Source: Candidatus Multivoradales bacterium (GTDB lineage: Bacteria > Acidobacteriota > Thermoanaerobaculia > Multivoradales > JAHEKO01). Taken from it: 64,000 nucleotides of DNA. Below are positions 21,251-30,290 of the stretch, in pieces. The notes beneath the pieces are model-generated. The model searched no databases, had not been told where the DNA came from, and saw only the letters and a program-made list of their open reading frames with translations. Each line of letters begins with the position of its first letter. The stretch's first letter is position 1. The stretch covers positions 1,184,001 through 1,248,000 of the forward strand of contig CBDFIJ010000004.1 of NCBI GenBank assembly GCA_965248055.1. The letters are read 5' to 3'. The position numbers and the translations under genes are program-made.

Positions 21251-21606
21251 CGCGGCTCACACTAACGGTGAACGAGCCACCGTGTTCCTGCACCGCCACT
21301 AGTTTGCTTATCCAATACCGGCGAGCCAGTAATCGTTCGGTCAAGACTGTCCGGTCAAATGACATCAATTGGTTCAGATCCGAAACCCAGCGGAAGGTTT
21401 AGTCGCACATCGTCAACGTCGACGATCTTCAGGAGGCCGAGATGCGACGAACGGTTCTACTGAGTGGCCCGCTTATGATCAAGGCTCAAACGTCAGACTA
21501 GCGGTGAGCCACCATGGTGACTGTGCTTTCAAACGAAATGAAGTGTCCGGTCAACACTTTCTAGGTCGCGCCTCGCGGAATGACCACGACATGCAGCAAT
21601 GGCCCG

Positions 21607-22722
21607 TCACGACACGATCTGGGGGTCCGCGAGCCGATAGCTGGTACTCCTACCACCGCCGGAGTTCTTCGCCAAGATTCCCCGCTCCAACAACTCTCTA
21701 ATATCGCGGAGCGCGGAGTCGGTCGAACACTTGGCGAGCTTGGCGTATTTCGACGTCGTGAGATGACCCTCGAAATCGTCGAGCATTCGGTTGATGATGC
21801 TTCGTTGGCGCTGGTTGACCGGGTTGCGATTGATCTGTTGCCAAAGTTTCGCTTTGTGGAGCACTGAGCCCAGCGCCTTTTCTGCGTTTTCAATCGCGCG
21901 ATCGAGGCACCGCAGAAACCAGGCGATCCAAGCCGTAATGTCGAGGCTGCCGCGCTGCGCCGATTCGAGCTGGAAATAGTATTCCTTGCGCTGTTCGGCG
22001 ATCGCGGACGACATACTGTAGAAGCGATCTTTTGTACCATCCGCTTGCGACAGCGCCATCTCGGCAATCGCCCGAGCGATACGTCCGTTGCCATCCTCAA
22101 AGGGATGGATAGTTACGAACCAAAAGTGTCCAACGGCAGCCTTGAGCACTGGATCGATGGTTGATCGCCCCGCAAACCACTCGAGAAAGTGTTTCATCTC
22201 ACTTTCAAGGCGCTCCGCATCCGGTGCTTGAAAATGCACCATCTCCTTGCCAACCGACCCGGAGACCACCTGCATCGGACCCGTTTCTCCGGTGCGCCAG
22301 GCACCAACCGCTACGCGATGCATACCGCTGTGTCCGGCTGGGAAAAGTGTCGCGTTCCAAGCGAACAAACGCTCCGCCGTAAGCGGTTTATCGAAATCAC
22401 GGGTCGCATCGATCGTCAGATCAACGACACCATCGACTTCCCGCCGGGACTCGACCAAACCTGCAACATTCAGCCCCAACTGGCGAGCGATCGACGAACG
22501 AACCTCATCGGAGTTCAGGTTCTCCCCCTCGATCGCCGAAGAAGTGACGACCTCTTCGGTAAGCGCAATCAGGATCGCTTCTTCCTGCAGATCAAATCCC
22601 AGAGCCTCCATCTTTCCCAGGTGCTTTCCTTGCCTATGACGCACCGCCGCCAAGGCTCCAGAGAGCGCTTCGCTATCCCATATCAGCTGCGGCCATTGAG
22701 GCCGTTGGTGGATGTAGGACAT
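21607..22722 (-). CDS. Fic family protein with N-terminal DUF4172 and C-terminal winged HTH
   Basis: YIHQRPQWP start, SSAIEGE, HPFEDGNGRIAR, KCSTDSALRDI...GGRSTSY. Confidence 0.95.
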   Translation of the reverse strand: MSYIHQRPQWPQLIWDSEALSGALAAVRHRQGKHLGKMEALGFDLQEEAILIALTEEVVTSSAIEGENLNSDEVRSSIARQLGLNVAGLVESRREVDGVVDLTIDATRDFDKPLTAERLFAWNATLFPAGHSGMHRVAVGAWRTGETGPMQVVSGSVGKEMVHFQAPDAERLESEMKHFLEWFAGRSTIDPVLKAAVGHFWFVTIHPFEDGNGRIARAIAEMALSQADGTKDRFYSMSSAIAEQRKEYYFQLESAQRGSLDITAWIAWFLRCLDRAIENAEKALGSVLHKAKLWQQINRNPVNQRQRSIINRMLDDFEGHLTTSKYAKLAKCSTDSALRDIRELLERGILAKNSGGGRSTSYRLADPQIVS

Positions 22723-22820
22723 ATTCGCGGCACCTGGTGCGGTGATTTTATCTTCAGACGCCCATCTTGCGCGACATTCACCGCAACGAAAACAGTGAAT
22801 ACTCTACATCCTCACCGCAA
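22723..22820 (-). promoter_or_regulatory. Repeated imperfect palindromes upstream of the Fic gene (putative autoregulatory operators)
   Basis: ATTCGCGGCA-N5-TGCGGTGATT (22723-22747), ATTCACCGCA-N5-ACAGTGAAT-like (22776-22800), half-site TCACCGCA (~22812); TAAAAT on minus strand at 22750-22745. Confidence 0.55.
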
Positions 22821-22906
22821 AGTGGGCGCCGGGCCTCGCCTCGGAAGAGATGATAAACCCACCAAAAACCAACGTCAGTTGTATTCGCTTTCCAACCTTC
22901 CTTCCG

Positions 22907-24073
22907 TCACTTCGGTTTACCGTTGTGCTGATCGTCTTGTAACTCAGGCCGGGTTGCATTTTCATCTGAATCAGCGATGCCACCCGACACTCCACGTCTC
23001 AAGAAAAGTGCCTTCAGTTCCGGTACGAGAGTTGCTCCGACCCCATCCTGCATGCCCCGAAAATCGTCGTGGTAGTTGTCCTCGTCGGCTCTCGGCACCC
23101 TCAAGTCCACCCGATGACCGTCTCCTGCCGGTACTAGTGGGACTCGCTCCTCAGATCCGTCAGTTTCGACTCCACCATTGGCTATGACGTCGTACAGCGG
23201 TCGATTCAAGTCCATCTGTACCTTGCCTTCCCCCCATTGCAACCGAGTAGGTATATTTGTTAGCAGCGTCGGAAACAGCAATGAGGCCAGAGCCGACGGG
23301 CGAGGGAAAAAACTTGTTGCGCCAGCCCACAAGACTCCGCACACGTATCCCTCGGCATTTACTACCGGGCCACCGCTAAACCCGGGGCCAACGTCGCTGT
23401 CAAATGAGAAGCAAGGACCTTCCGCGAATCCCTTGGCGAATCGTTGAGTGAATATCTCCCGGACCTGCCCCTCCACAATGTTCAACCGCTGCTCATATCT
23501 CTCGCTCCATTCACCCGACTCCAGCTCTGCCAGCGTAAGACCGCCGGGTGGCGCCTTGATCCCCGGATATCCAACGCAGCTCACCATCGAGCCAACGCGA
23601 GGGGGATCGAAAGTGATCGGAAGATTGAGAATCGGTAGCGGTTCTTGTCCTATGTGCCAAACTGGCGAGCAAAAAGCAATGTCCGTCGGGGAAGCACCGG
23701 TGCTCCGATCAAAAGGCCACAGAGCGGCTCGTCGTCGCCGAGGCACCGCGTCATAGGTGTGCAACACGGCTAGCCCAGCAACCCTCAGATTCAAGTTATC
23801 TATTGGATGCACACCACCCCGATGCCTTTCTCCGCCCGGCTCCTTCTTAAGAACTTCATCGAGATTATGCGTTGCCGTCACGATATGGCCGTATCGAGTC
23901 ACGAAAAACGCTGTACCAATGGGTTCAAACCGATCCGATCTGGTTGCGAAAAGCGGTAGGACGCCCGCGTTGATCGGGTGACCCCACGGTGGTAGTTCCA
24001 GACAACCCTGATCGTTACGGCGCGCGCTTGACAGCACATTCACCAATATCTCCGCGCGCATCAGTTCGCCCAT
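22907..24073 (-). CDS. Trypsin-like (S1) serine protease, no signal peptide
   Basis: GTAFFV, VTATHN (His), TDIAF (Asp), GFSGGPV (Ser). Confidence 0.85.
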   Translation of the reverse strand: MGELMRAEILVNVLSSARRNDQGCLELPPWGHPINAGVLPLFATRSDRFEPIGTAFFVTRYGHIVTATHNLDEVLKKEPGGERHRGGVHPIDNLNLRVAGLAVLHTYDAVPRRRRAALWPFDRSTGASPTDIAFCSPVWHIGQEPLPILNLPITFDPPRVGSMVSCVGYPGIKAPPGGLTLAELESGEWSERYEQRLNIVEGQVREIFTQRFAKGFAEGPCFSFDSDVGPGFSGGPVVNAEGYVCGVLWAGATSFFPRPSALASLLFPTLLTNIPTRLQWGEGKVQMDLNRPLYDVIANGGVETDGSEERVPLVPAGDGHRVDLRVPRADEDNYHDDFRGMQDGVGATLVPELKALFLRRGVSGGIADSDENATRPELQDDQHNGKPK

Positions 24074-24150
24074 GTCCTCAAGAACGACATGTTCAAGGCC
24101 TTCACAGCACTCGCTACTCGCGGCATCTGTCAGCTACGCTACCGGACACA

Positions 24151-24857
24151 ATGACTCAGTGCGAGCTATCTTGCACCTATTGTGGTGCTCCGAACCCGGC
24201 AGGGAGAGACCATATCCCCCCAAAGAATCTATTCAGCAAGCCACGACCTTCCAATTTGATAACTGTGCCCTGTTGCCGAACATGCAACCAACAAGCCTCG
24301 AAGGACGACGAATACTTCCGGCTCGCCGTTGTGCCCCGCGAAGATGTCTATGATCACCCCGGCGCCTCGAAGGTCTGGCAAGCTGCTATGAGGTCGCTGC
24401 AGAAACCAACAAAGCAGGTTTCTCCAAAGCTTTCATGCAAACCGTGAAAGAGGTGAATCTATATTCACCAACTGGTATCTATTGCGGCCAAGGTAGCACA
24501 TACGAAGTTGATATCCTTCGTCTTGATGCAGTAGTTCGACGAACAGTCAAAGGGCTTTTCTACCATCACCAGCAATATCGACTCCCGGACAGCTATGAGA
24601 CCGACTGCTGGCTACTCGAACAAGTCGATCCTAACGCTACGGATGTGATGGCTAATGTCGAATCCATCGTCGGAGCCTTGGTGAATAACACGCCAATCGT
24701 AATTGGCAACAATACCTTCGCCTACACATACTGTCTTATTAACGAACTGTCACACTCAAGCGCTTGGATACTGAACTTCTACGGACGGGTTGCGTGGCTC
24801 GGGATAACTACACCAATCGACCGTTACTCCGATCTACCCGACAGAAAGGGCAGGTGA
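24151..24857 (+). pseudogene. HNH-type endonuclease gene split by a -1 frameshift near 24410-24435
   Basis: CTYC...RDHIPPK...VPCCRTCN..SKDDEYF in the frame ending at 24447; the -1 frame continues KAGFSKAFMQ... to 24857. Confidence 0.7.
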
Positions 24858-25801
24858 TCCAAGTCGAGATTCCCGCCGGAGAGGATGACCCCGACTCGTT
24901 GGAGGTCCTTCGGCAGAAGCCCTTCCAACACCGCCGCGACCGCGACCGCGGCGGAGGGCTCGATCAGTTGTTTGGTACGTTCCCAGATGACCCGCATCGC
25001 GGCGACAATTTGTTCTTCAGTGACGGTGAAGATTTGCACTTTCTCGCGCTGGAGAATTTCAAAGTTGATTTCGCCCAGGCCGCTGCGCAGGCCATCGGCG
25101 ATGGTGTTGGGGTTGTCTTCGGGCAGGAGCTGGCCTGAAGCCAAAGATCTGGCCGCGTCGTCTGCACCCAGAGGTTCGGCGCCGAAGACCTGACAGTTGG
25201 GCAGCAAACCACGAGCAGCGATGGTGGTTCCAGAGATCAGCCCCCCGCCGCCGACCGGGGCGACGATGGCGTCCAACTCGCCTACCTGTAGCTCAGCAAC
25301 CTGCTCGATCAATTCCAGTGCAGCCGTGCCTTGACCGGCGACGATGTCGGGATGGTCATAAGGGGGTATGAAGACACCCCCAGTCTCGGCGAGCACTTGC
25401 TCAGATACCGCACGGCGGGAAGCCTCATTGGGTTCACAAAGAACGATTCGTCCACCGTAGCCCTCGACCGCTTTGAGTTTGACCGCGGATGAGCTCGCCG
25501 GCATCACCAGGTGAGCTTGGGCACCGATAGAAGCGGCTGCGATCGCCACCGCTTGGGCGTGGTTGCCGGAACTGTGGGCAACGATGTGTTGGGGCCAAGG
25601 CTTGGGCAGCCGCGCGACAAAATGGCTGGCGCCGCGAATTTTAAAAGCGCCACCCCGTTGCAGGTGCTCGGCTTTGAGAAACAACCGACAACCGCACATC
25701 TCATCGAGTGATCGGCTGGTGAGTACCGGTGTGCGGTGGACCACACCAGCAATCAGCTCGGCTGCCTCTTGAACCATTGGGAAATCTACAGTTGTGGTCA
25801 T
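24824..25801 (-). CDS. PLP-dependent threonine/serine dehydratase / serine racemase family
   Basis: LKAEHLQRGGAFKIRGA, SSGNHAQ, PVGGGGLISG, IEPS, SGGN. Confidence 0.93.
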   Translation of the reverse strand: MTTTVDFPMVQEAAELIAGVVHRTPVLTSRSLDEMCGCRLFLKAEHLQRGGAFKIRGASHFVARLPKPWPQHIVAHSSGNHAQAVAIAAASIGAQAHLVMPASSSAVKLKAVEGYGGRIVLCEPNEASRRAVSEQVLAETGGVFIPPYDHPDIVAGQGTAALELIEQVAELQVGELDAIVAPVGGGGLISGTTIAARGLLPNCQVFGAEPLGADDAARSLASGQLLPEDNPNTIADGLRSGLGEINFEILQREKVQIFTVTEEQIVAAMRVIWERTKQLIEPSAAVAVAAVLEGLLPKDLQRVGVILSGGNLDLDHLPFLSGRSE

Positions 25802-25857
25802 CGCCTGATCCTTTGCCTACTCTGAACATGATGGAATGGTGCCTGCATGGCTTTGCA

Positions 25858-28386
25858 ATGATGCACCAATCGATTCACATCCCGAAGTATCTTCTTGTTT
25901 TGGCTTTGGCCGTCGCTTGCGGTAGTCCACAAACATCGACTCGGAATGATCCGCCATCTGCTGACACCGGGCCCACCGACGCTCTGACGGATCTTCAAGG
26001 GCAAGACACTCGAGGGTCGGCCAATCAGAGTCCTGCCGCCCAAGGCCGACCGCCGGTAGCAACCGCCGCGACCCTGGAATCCCTAGGAGAAGGGTTCATC
26101 ACTTGGGAGTCGAACCGCTCCGGCAACTGGCGACTCTGGACACAAACGCTTGCGGCCAAGAGTCCGGTACAACTCTCGCCCGACGAAAAGGCGAAAGTTC
26201 ACTGTTGTGGCCATATTTCCCCGGACGGAAGTCAGGTCGCTTACCTGAGCCTCTCGGCTCCCAAGCACAAGTATCCAGACGGCGACACTAGCGGCGAACT
26301 TCGCCTGATCCATCCAGATGGAACCAACCAGCGGGTGATCGGCCCGGCCCGGATCTATGGCGAAAACCGAGCCGCGGTGTGGCGCAACGACCATCAATTG
26401 ATCTACATCGACGATCGCGGTCGCACCCAGCAGTTGAACCTCGATACTGGCGAAAAAAAGCAACTACTGGAGCACGCCGCCGAAGCCCATGGTTGGCTGG
26501 TCAACGCGACTCTTACCGCGGCAACTGCCGGAAGCCCGACCTTCTCCAATCTTCAGGGCAACGTGATTCAGCGCTCCGAGGAGCTGCCAGGATGTCAGCC
26601 CTATTTCTCCCACGACGGTGCCTGGGGGTTTTGGACCGGTGGTGCCGGCGGACCGATTTATGGTCTACGCTTGGACGGCCGCAGCCGCAAGCCGATCCTA
26701 CTCAAGGACGACCCGCGCTTACCGAAAGAGTGGCGCTATCTCTACTTTCCGATGATCTCGCGAGACGGCGCGTTTTTGACTTGGGGTGCTTCACGAGGTC
26801 GCCACGACCACTACAAGGCGGATTACGAGGTCTTCGTGGCGGAAATCGACCCGACCTCCTTGGACGTCATCGGCGATCCGATACGGGTCACCAACAACCC
26901 GGCCACCGATCGCTACGCCGATATCTTTGTCGCTACACGAGAGTTGGGGACCTTCCGCGGTGAAGCACCGCTGATTGTGGACTGGAAAGCTCCGGAATCT
27001 GGCGCGTGGTCGTGGAGTTCGAGCGACGGGATCATGGCTGCGGATACTTCCGCGTGGCAGCATACGTATGAAGAACCCGGCACCTACACTGTCACCGCAA
27101 AACTCGGCCAACGAGAGCCACTGCAGGGGCGCGTGGTCGTCCGGCCAGCAGCTCCTCCTGCGCTACTGGCAACCTCCATTCTTGGCAACCAACAGGTGCG
27201 CTTGGAGTTCGATGAGCCAGTGAGCACCGACTCATTCGGCATCGAAGGAGGGGCAGCGGTTGAATCCATCGAGGGACGAACGGTAGTCGTAAGTCTCAGT
27301 TCTCCGCTGGATGGATTCTTGGAACTGCGCCTCGCCGGAGTACGCGACCTCTTGGGCAATGAAAGCGGACCGATCGTCGTAGGACTCGACCCCACACTGT
27401 GGCCAGTTGAATACGAATCGACGGTAGCCATGTGGTCCGGGGTCGATGGCTTCAACGTTTTCCGTGACCCTGGGGTCGGCAATGACGAGGCGCTGGTGGT
27501 GACCCGCAAGGGTCTCGCAGTACCGGCAGCCAGCGGTGGCGTGCACCTCGACGGAGGTTGGCTGGAGGTCGACACCGAGCAATCGCATCGGCTAACGGAA
27601 ATCTTGCAGGGCACCCACGAGTTCACTTTCGAACTATTGGTAAATCTTCCCCAAGATGCCTCTGGAGAGCTAGTCACCTGGGGACTTCCGGTTCCCGGCA
27701 ACGCAGACCTCGGCTTGACTCTCGCAAACGGCACCTTGACCAGCTACCTGCGAGGAACTCCCAAGAGTCGACCAGGGATTTCGCCGCAACAGAGCGGACG
27801 CCTAGGCGAGGGGCTGCATCATCTCGCCGCAGTGTTTACCCTCGGTGAATTGACGATCTATTTGGACGGCAACGAGCTTTCCAGCCATGACAACTTCGCT
27901 GACGACCTATTTCACTGGCAAACCCGAGTACTGCGTATCGGCGGTCGCGACAACGCTCCCAATGCTGATCTCGCTGGTGAGCTCAACGGTTTCGCAATAC
28001 ACCGTCGGGCGCTGACTGCGGAAACGGTCGCCGACGTCGCGCGCCGCGCTCTACATGGGATCGCCACACCTGTCTCTCAATGGGATGTGGTCGGCGAACG
28101 CATCGGCAGCACAGCTGTCCCAACACTCGATGAAATCTCTCCCTACCGGGAGGCTCTGGTTACTCGACACTATCGATTGGAGAATCCGCCAACCGGGTTG
28201 TCGAGTGAAGTAGTTGTTGTTGAGTGGGGCATCCTCGACGGCGTCACCCTGCCTGATCCGCAGCGCAATCGCCAACTTGAACTTGAGCGGTTCTCAGACC
28301 AAGCCGCTCTGCAGGGCCTGTTCCTCGCCAATGACTTTAAGGGGGAGGAGTTGTACTACACATCACCTTCCCTGCCATCGCGCTAG
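25858..28386 (+). CDS. Multi-domain lipoprotein (TolB-like propeller, PKD, Ig-like, LamG-like)
   Basis: Lipobox LAVAC; WESNRSG/ISPDG/FSHDG propeller motifs; HTYEEPGTYTVT PKD; HHLAAVF...IYLDG LamG. Confidence 0.75.
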   Translation: MMHQSIHIPKYLLVLALAVACGSPQTSTRNDPPSADTGPTDALTDLQGQDTRGSANQSPAAQGRPPVATAATLESLGEGFITWESNRSGNWRLWTQTLAAKSPVQLSPDEKAKVHCCGHISPDGSQVAYLSLSAPKHKYPDGDTSGELRLIHPDGTNQRVIGPARIYGENRAAVWRNDHQLIYIDDRGRTQQLNLDTGEKKQLLEHAAEAHGWLVNATLTAATAGSPTFSNLQGNVIQRSEELPGCQPYFSHDGAWGFWTGGAGGPIYGLRLDGRSRKPILLKDDPRLPKEWRYLYFPMISRDGAFLTWGASRGRHDHYKADYEVFVAEIDPTSLDVIGDPIRVTNNPATDRYADIFVATRELGTFRGEAPLIVDWKAPESGAWSWSSSDGIMAADTSAWQHTYEEPGTYTVTAKLGQREPLQGRVVVRPAAPPALLATSILGNQQVRLEFDEPVSTDSFGIEGGAAVESIEGRTVVVSLSSPLDGFLELRLAGVRDLLGNESGPIVVGLDPTLWPVEYESTVAMWSGVDGFNVFRDPGVGNDEALVVTRKGLAVPAASGGVHLDGGWLEVDTEQSHRLTEILQGTHEFTFELLVNLPQDASGELVTWGLPVPGNADLGLTLANGTLTSYLRGTPKSRPGISPQQSGRLGEGLHHLAAVFTLGELTIYLDGNELSSHDNFADDLFHWQTRVLRIGGRDNAPNADLAGELNGFAIHRRALTAETVADVARRALHGIATPVSQWDVVGERIGSTAVPTLDEISPYREALVTRHYRLENPPTGLSSEVVVVEWGILDGVTLPDPQRNRQLELERFSDQAALQGLFLANDFKGEELYYTSPSLPSR

Positions 28387-28390
28387 CGCG

Positions 28391-28753
28391 GAGATCCTTG
28401 CCCTGCGTCCAGAAGATCCCCGACCACCAAAACCCCCACCCTACGGGGATGACGGAGTTGGGGCAGTGATCCCACCCGCGGGAATGACGAAGTTGGGGTG
28501 ACCTGCCGCATCGTCATCCCGGAACGGCTCTCTCCTCCGTCATCCAGGCACGACTCTCTCCTCTTGTCATCCCGACGGAGACTTCTCCCCTTCCGTCATC
28601 CCGGCGGGGGTTTGGGGGCTTGGGGGGCCGGGATCTGATCGTCACACTCCTGTCGCGCTGACCTCCCTTCGCTTGAGAGATCCCCGACGACCAAACCTCC
28701 ACCCTATGGGGATGACGGAATTGGGGCACTGACCCCACCCGCGGGAATGACGA
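28391..28753. repeat. Large composite REP-like array
   Basis: ~76 bp direct repeat (28414-28490 and 28678-28753) flanking four GTCATCC units at 28513, 28539, 28566, 28595. Confidence 0.8.
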
Positions 28754-28855
28754 GGTTAGATTAACTAACCTGCGAAGATGACGTTGGTAGGCACCGGCCA
28801 GAGCGATGTTGTTTTCACGCTCATCTATCATTCAGGCTAATCTCAAGAATCCAAG

Positions 28856-30289
28856 ATGGTATTTAGCTCCCACTTCTTCCTCTACTACTTTCTGCCACTG
28901 GCGCTGTTGGCGTACTACGCCGCACCCAAAAAGCTGCGCCACCTGACGCTCACTGCGCTTTCCTATCTGTTCTACGGCTGGGCGAACCCGGCTTTTACCG
29001 TGTTGATGTTGGCGTCGACAGTGATCGACTATTTCTGCGGTCGGGTGTTGGTTGGCAATCAAGAACAACTTGCGGTTGACGAGCCCAGGACCCGCAGGCA
29101 ACGCTTCGCAGTCACCATTTCAGTGGTCGCCAACCTGTCACTGCTGGGATTTTTCAAGTACTTCCACTTCGCGGTCGACTCCTACAACGGACTGGCAACC
29201 ACCGTCGGTTTGCCAGCGGCGGCATTGGATAGCACGCTACGTGTGGTACTGCCGCTGGGCATCAGTTTCTACACCTTCCAATCGATGAGCTACACCATCG
29301 ACCTATACCGCGGCCATGCGCGAGTGTTGCGCAATTTCATCGACTTCGCCTGTTTCGTCTCGATGTTTCCACAGTTGGTGGCGGGGCCGATTCTGCGTTT
29401 CTCCGAAGTCTCCGAACAGCTTCGAGCGCGCAGCCACACGGTCGCCAAGTTCGCCCGCGGTGCCGCAATCATCAGCCTGGGAATGGCCAAGAAGGTTTTG
29501 CTCGCCAACCCCTGCGGACGGATCGCCGACTTCGCCTTCGACGCCGGCTCGGTGGATACCTTGAGCGCTTGGTTGGGCTCGGTGGCTTACGCCTTCCAGA
29601 TCTACTTCGATTTCTCCGGTTACTCGGACATGGCGATCGGGTTGGGGTTGATGCTCGGCTTCACCTTCCCCAAGAACTTTGATTCGCCCTATCACTCTCG
29701 GTCGATCACTGAATTTTGGCGCCGTTGGCACATGTCGCTATCCACCTGGTTGCGCGACTATCTGTACATCCCACTGGGAGGCAATCGCTTCGGTCCCTGG
29801 AAGACCTACCGCAATCTGGGCCTGGTGATGCTACTCGGTGGTCTGTGGCACGGGGCCGCCTGGACCTTCGTTGCCTGGGGTGCCTTTCACGGTTTCTTCC
29901 TTGCTCTTGAACGCTCACGGGGTGGCAACCCCCTGTGGCACCGGCTGCCAGCCCGCCTGCAAACGACTGCCACCTTTGTTCTGGTGTTGTTTTCCTGGGT
30001 GCTCTTTCGCTCGGATTCGATCGGTCGCGCGATCGGTTATCTAGGTCACATGGTTGGTATCGGCGAGACCGAAGCTCAGCACGCTCTGACGCAAACTCTC
30101 ATGTTGCGGCCCTACTATTTGGTGATGCTGGTAATCGCCGGTTTGGTGGTCTGGCTGGGTCACCAGACCACCGATTGGACCCGCAAGTTAACCCCGCTAC
30201 GAGCTGCGGTCGCCGGAATGCTGTTGATCGCGGCTGCGATCACTTTGGAAACACAGGACTACAATCCCTTCATCTATTTCATTTTCTAG
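28856..30289 (+). CDS. MBOAT family O-acyltransferase (AlgI/PatA-like)
   Basis: LPLGISFYTFQSMSY, FPQLVAGPI, QIYFDFSGYSDMAIG, FWRRWHMSLS, GLWHGA, NPFIYF. Confidence 0.95.
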   Translation: MVFSSHFFLYYFLPLALLAYYAAPKKLRHLTLTALSYLFYGWANPAFTVLMLASTVIDYFCGRVLVGNQEQLAVDEPRTRRQRFAVTISVVANLSLLGFFKYFHFAVDSYNGLATTVGLPAAALDSTLRVVLPLGISFYTFQSMSYTIDLYRGHARVLRNFIDFACFVSMFPQLVAGPILRFSEVSEQLRARSHTVAKFARGAAIISLGMAKKVLLANPCGRIADFAFDAGSVDTLSAWLGSVAYAFQIYFDFSGYSDMAIGLGLMLGFTFPKNFDSPYHSRSITEFWRRWHMSLSTWLRDYLYIPLGGNRFGPWKTYRNLGLVMLLGGLWHGAAWTFVAWGAFHGFFLALERSRGGNPLWHRLPARLQTTATFVLVLFSWVLFRSDSIGRAIGYLGHMVGIGETEAQHALTQTLMLRPYYLVMLVIAGLVVWLGHQTTDWTRKLTPLRAAVAGMLLIAAAITLETQDYNPFIYFIF

Positions 30290-30290
30290 T

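Noticed and set aside
21348-21554. 11-bp direct repeat TGTCCGGTCAA as a possible att site or target duplication
   Set aside because: The copies enclose only ~185 bp of non-coding DNA and no integrase or transposase is present
22189-23187. 332-aa plus-strand ORF
   Set aside because: Antisense to the well-supported Fic and protease genes, with no recognisable motifs
28500-28640. Regularly spaced GTCATCC units resembling a mini CRISPR array
   Set aside because: The constant part is only ~7-9 bp with a 26-29 bp period, there are no cas genes, and the units belong to the dispersed REP-like family
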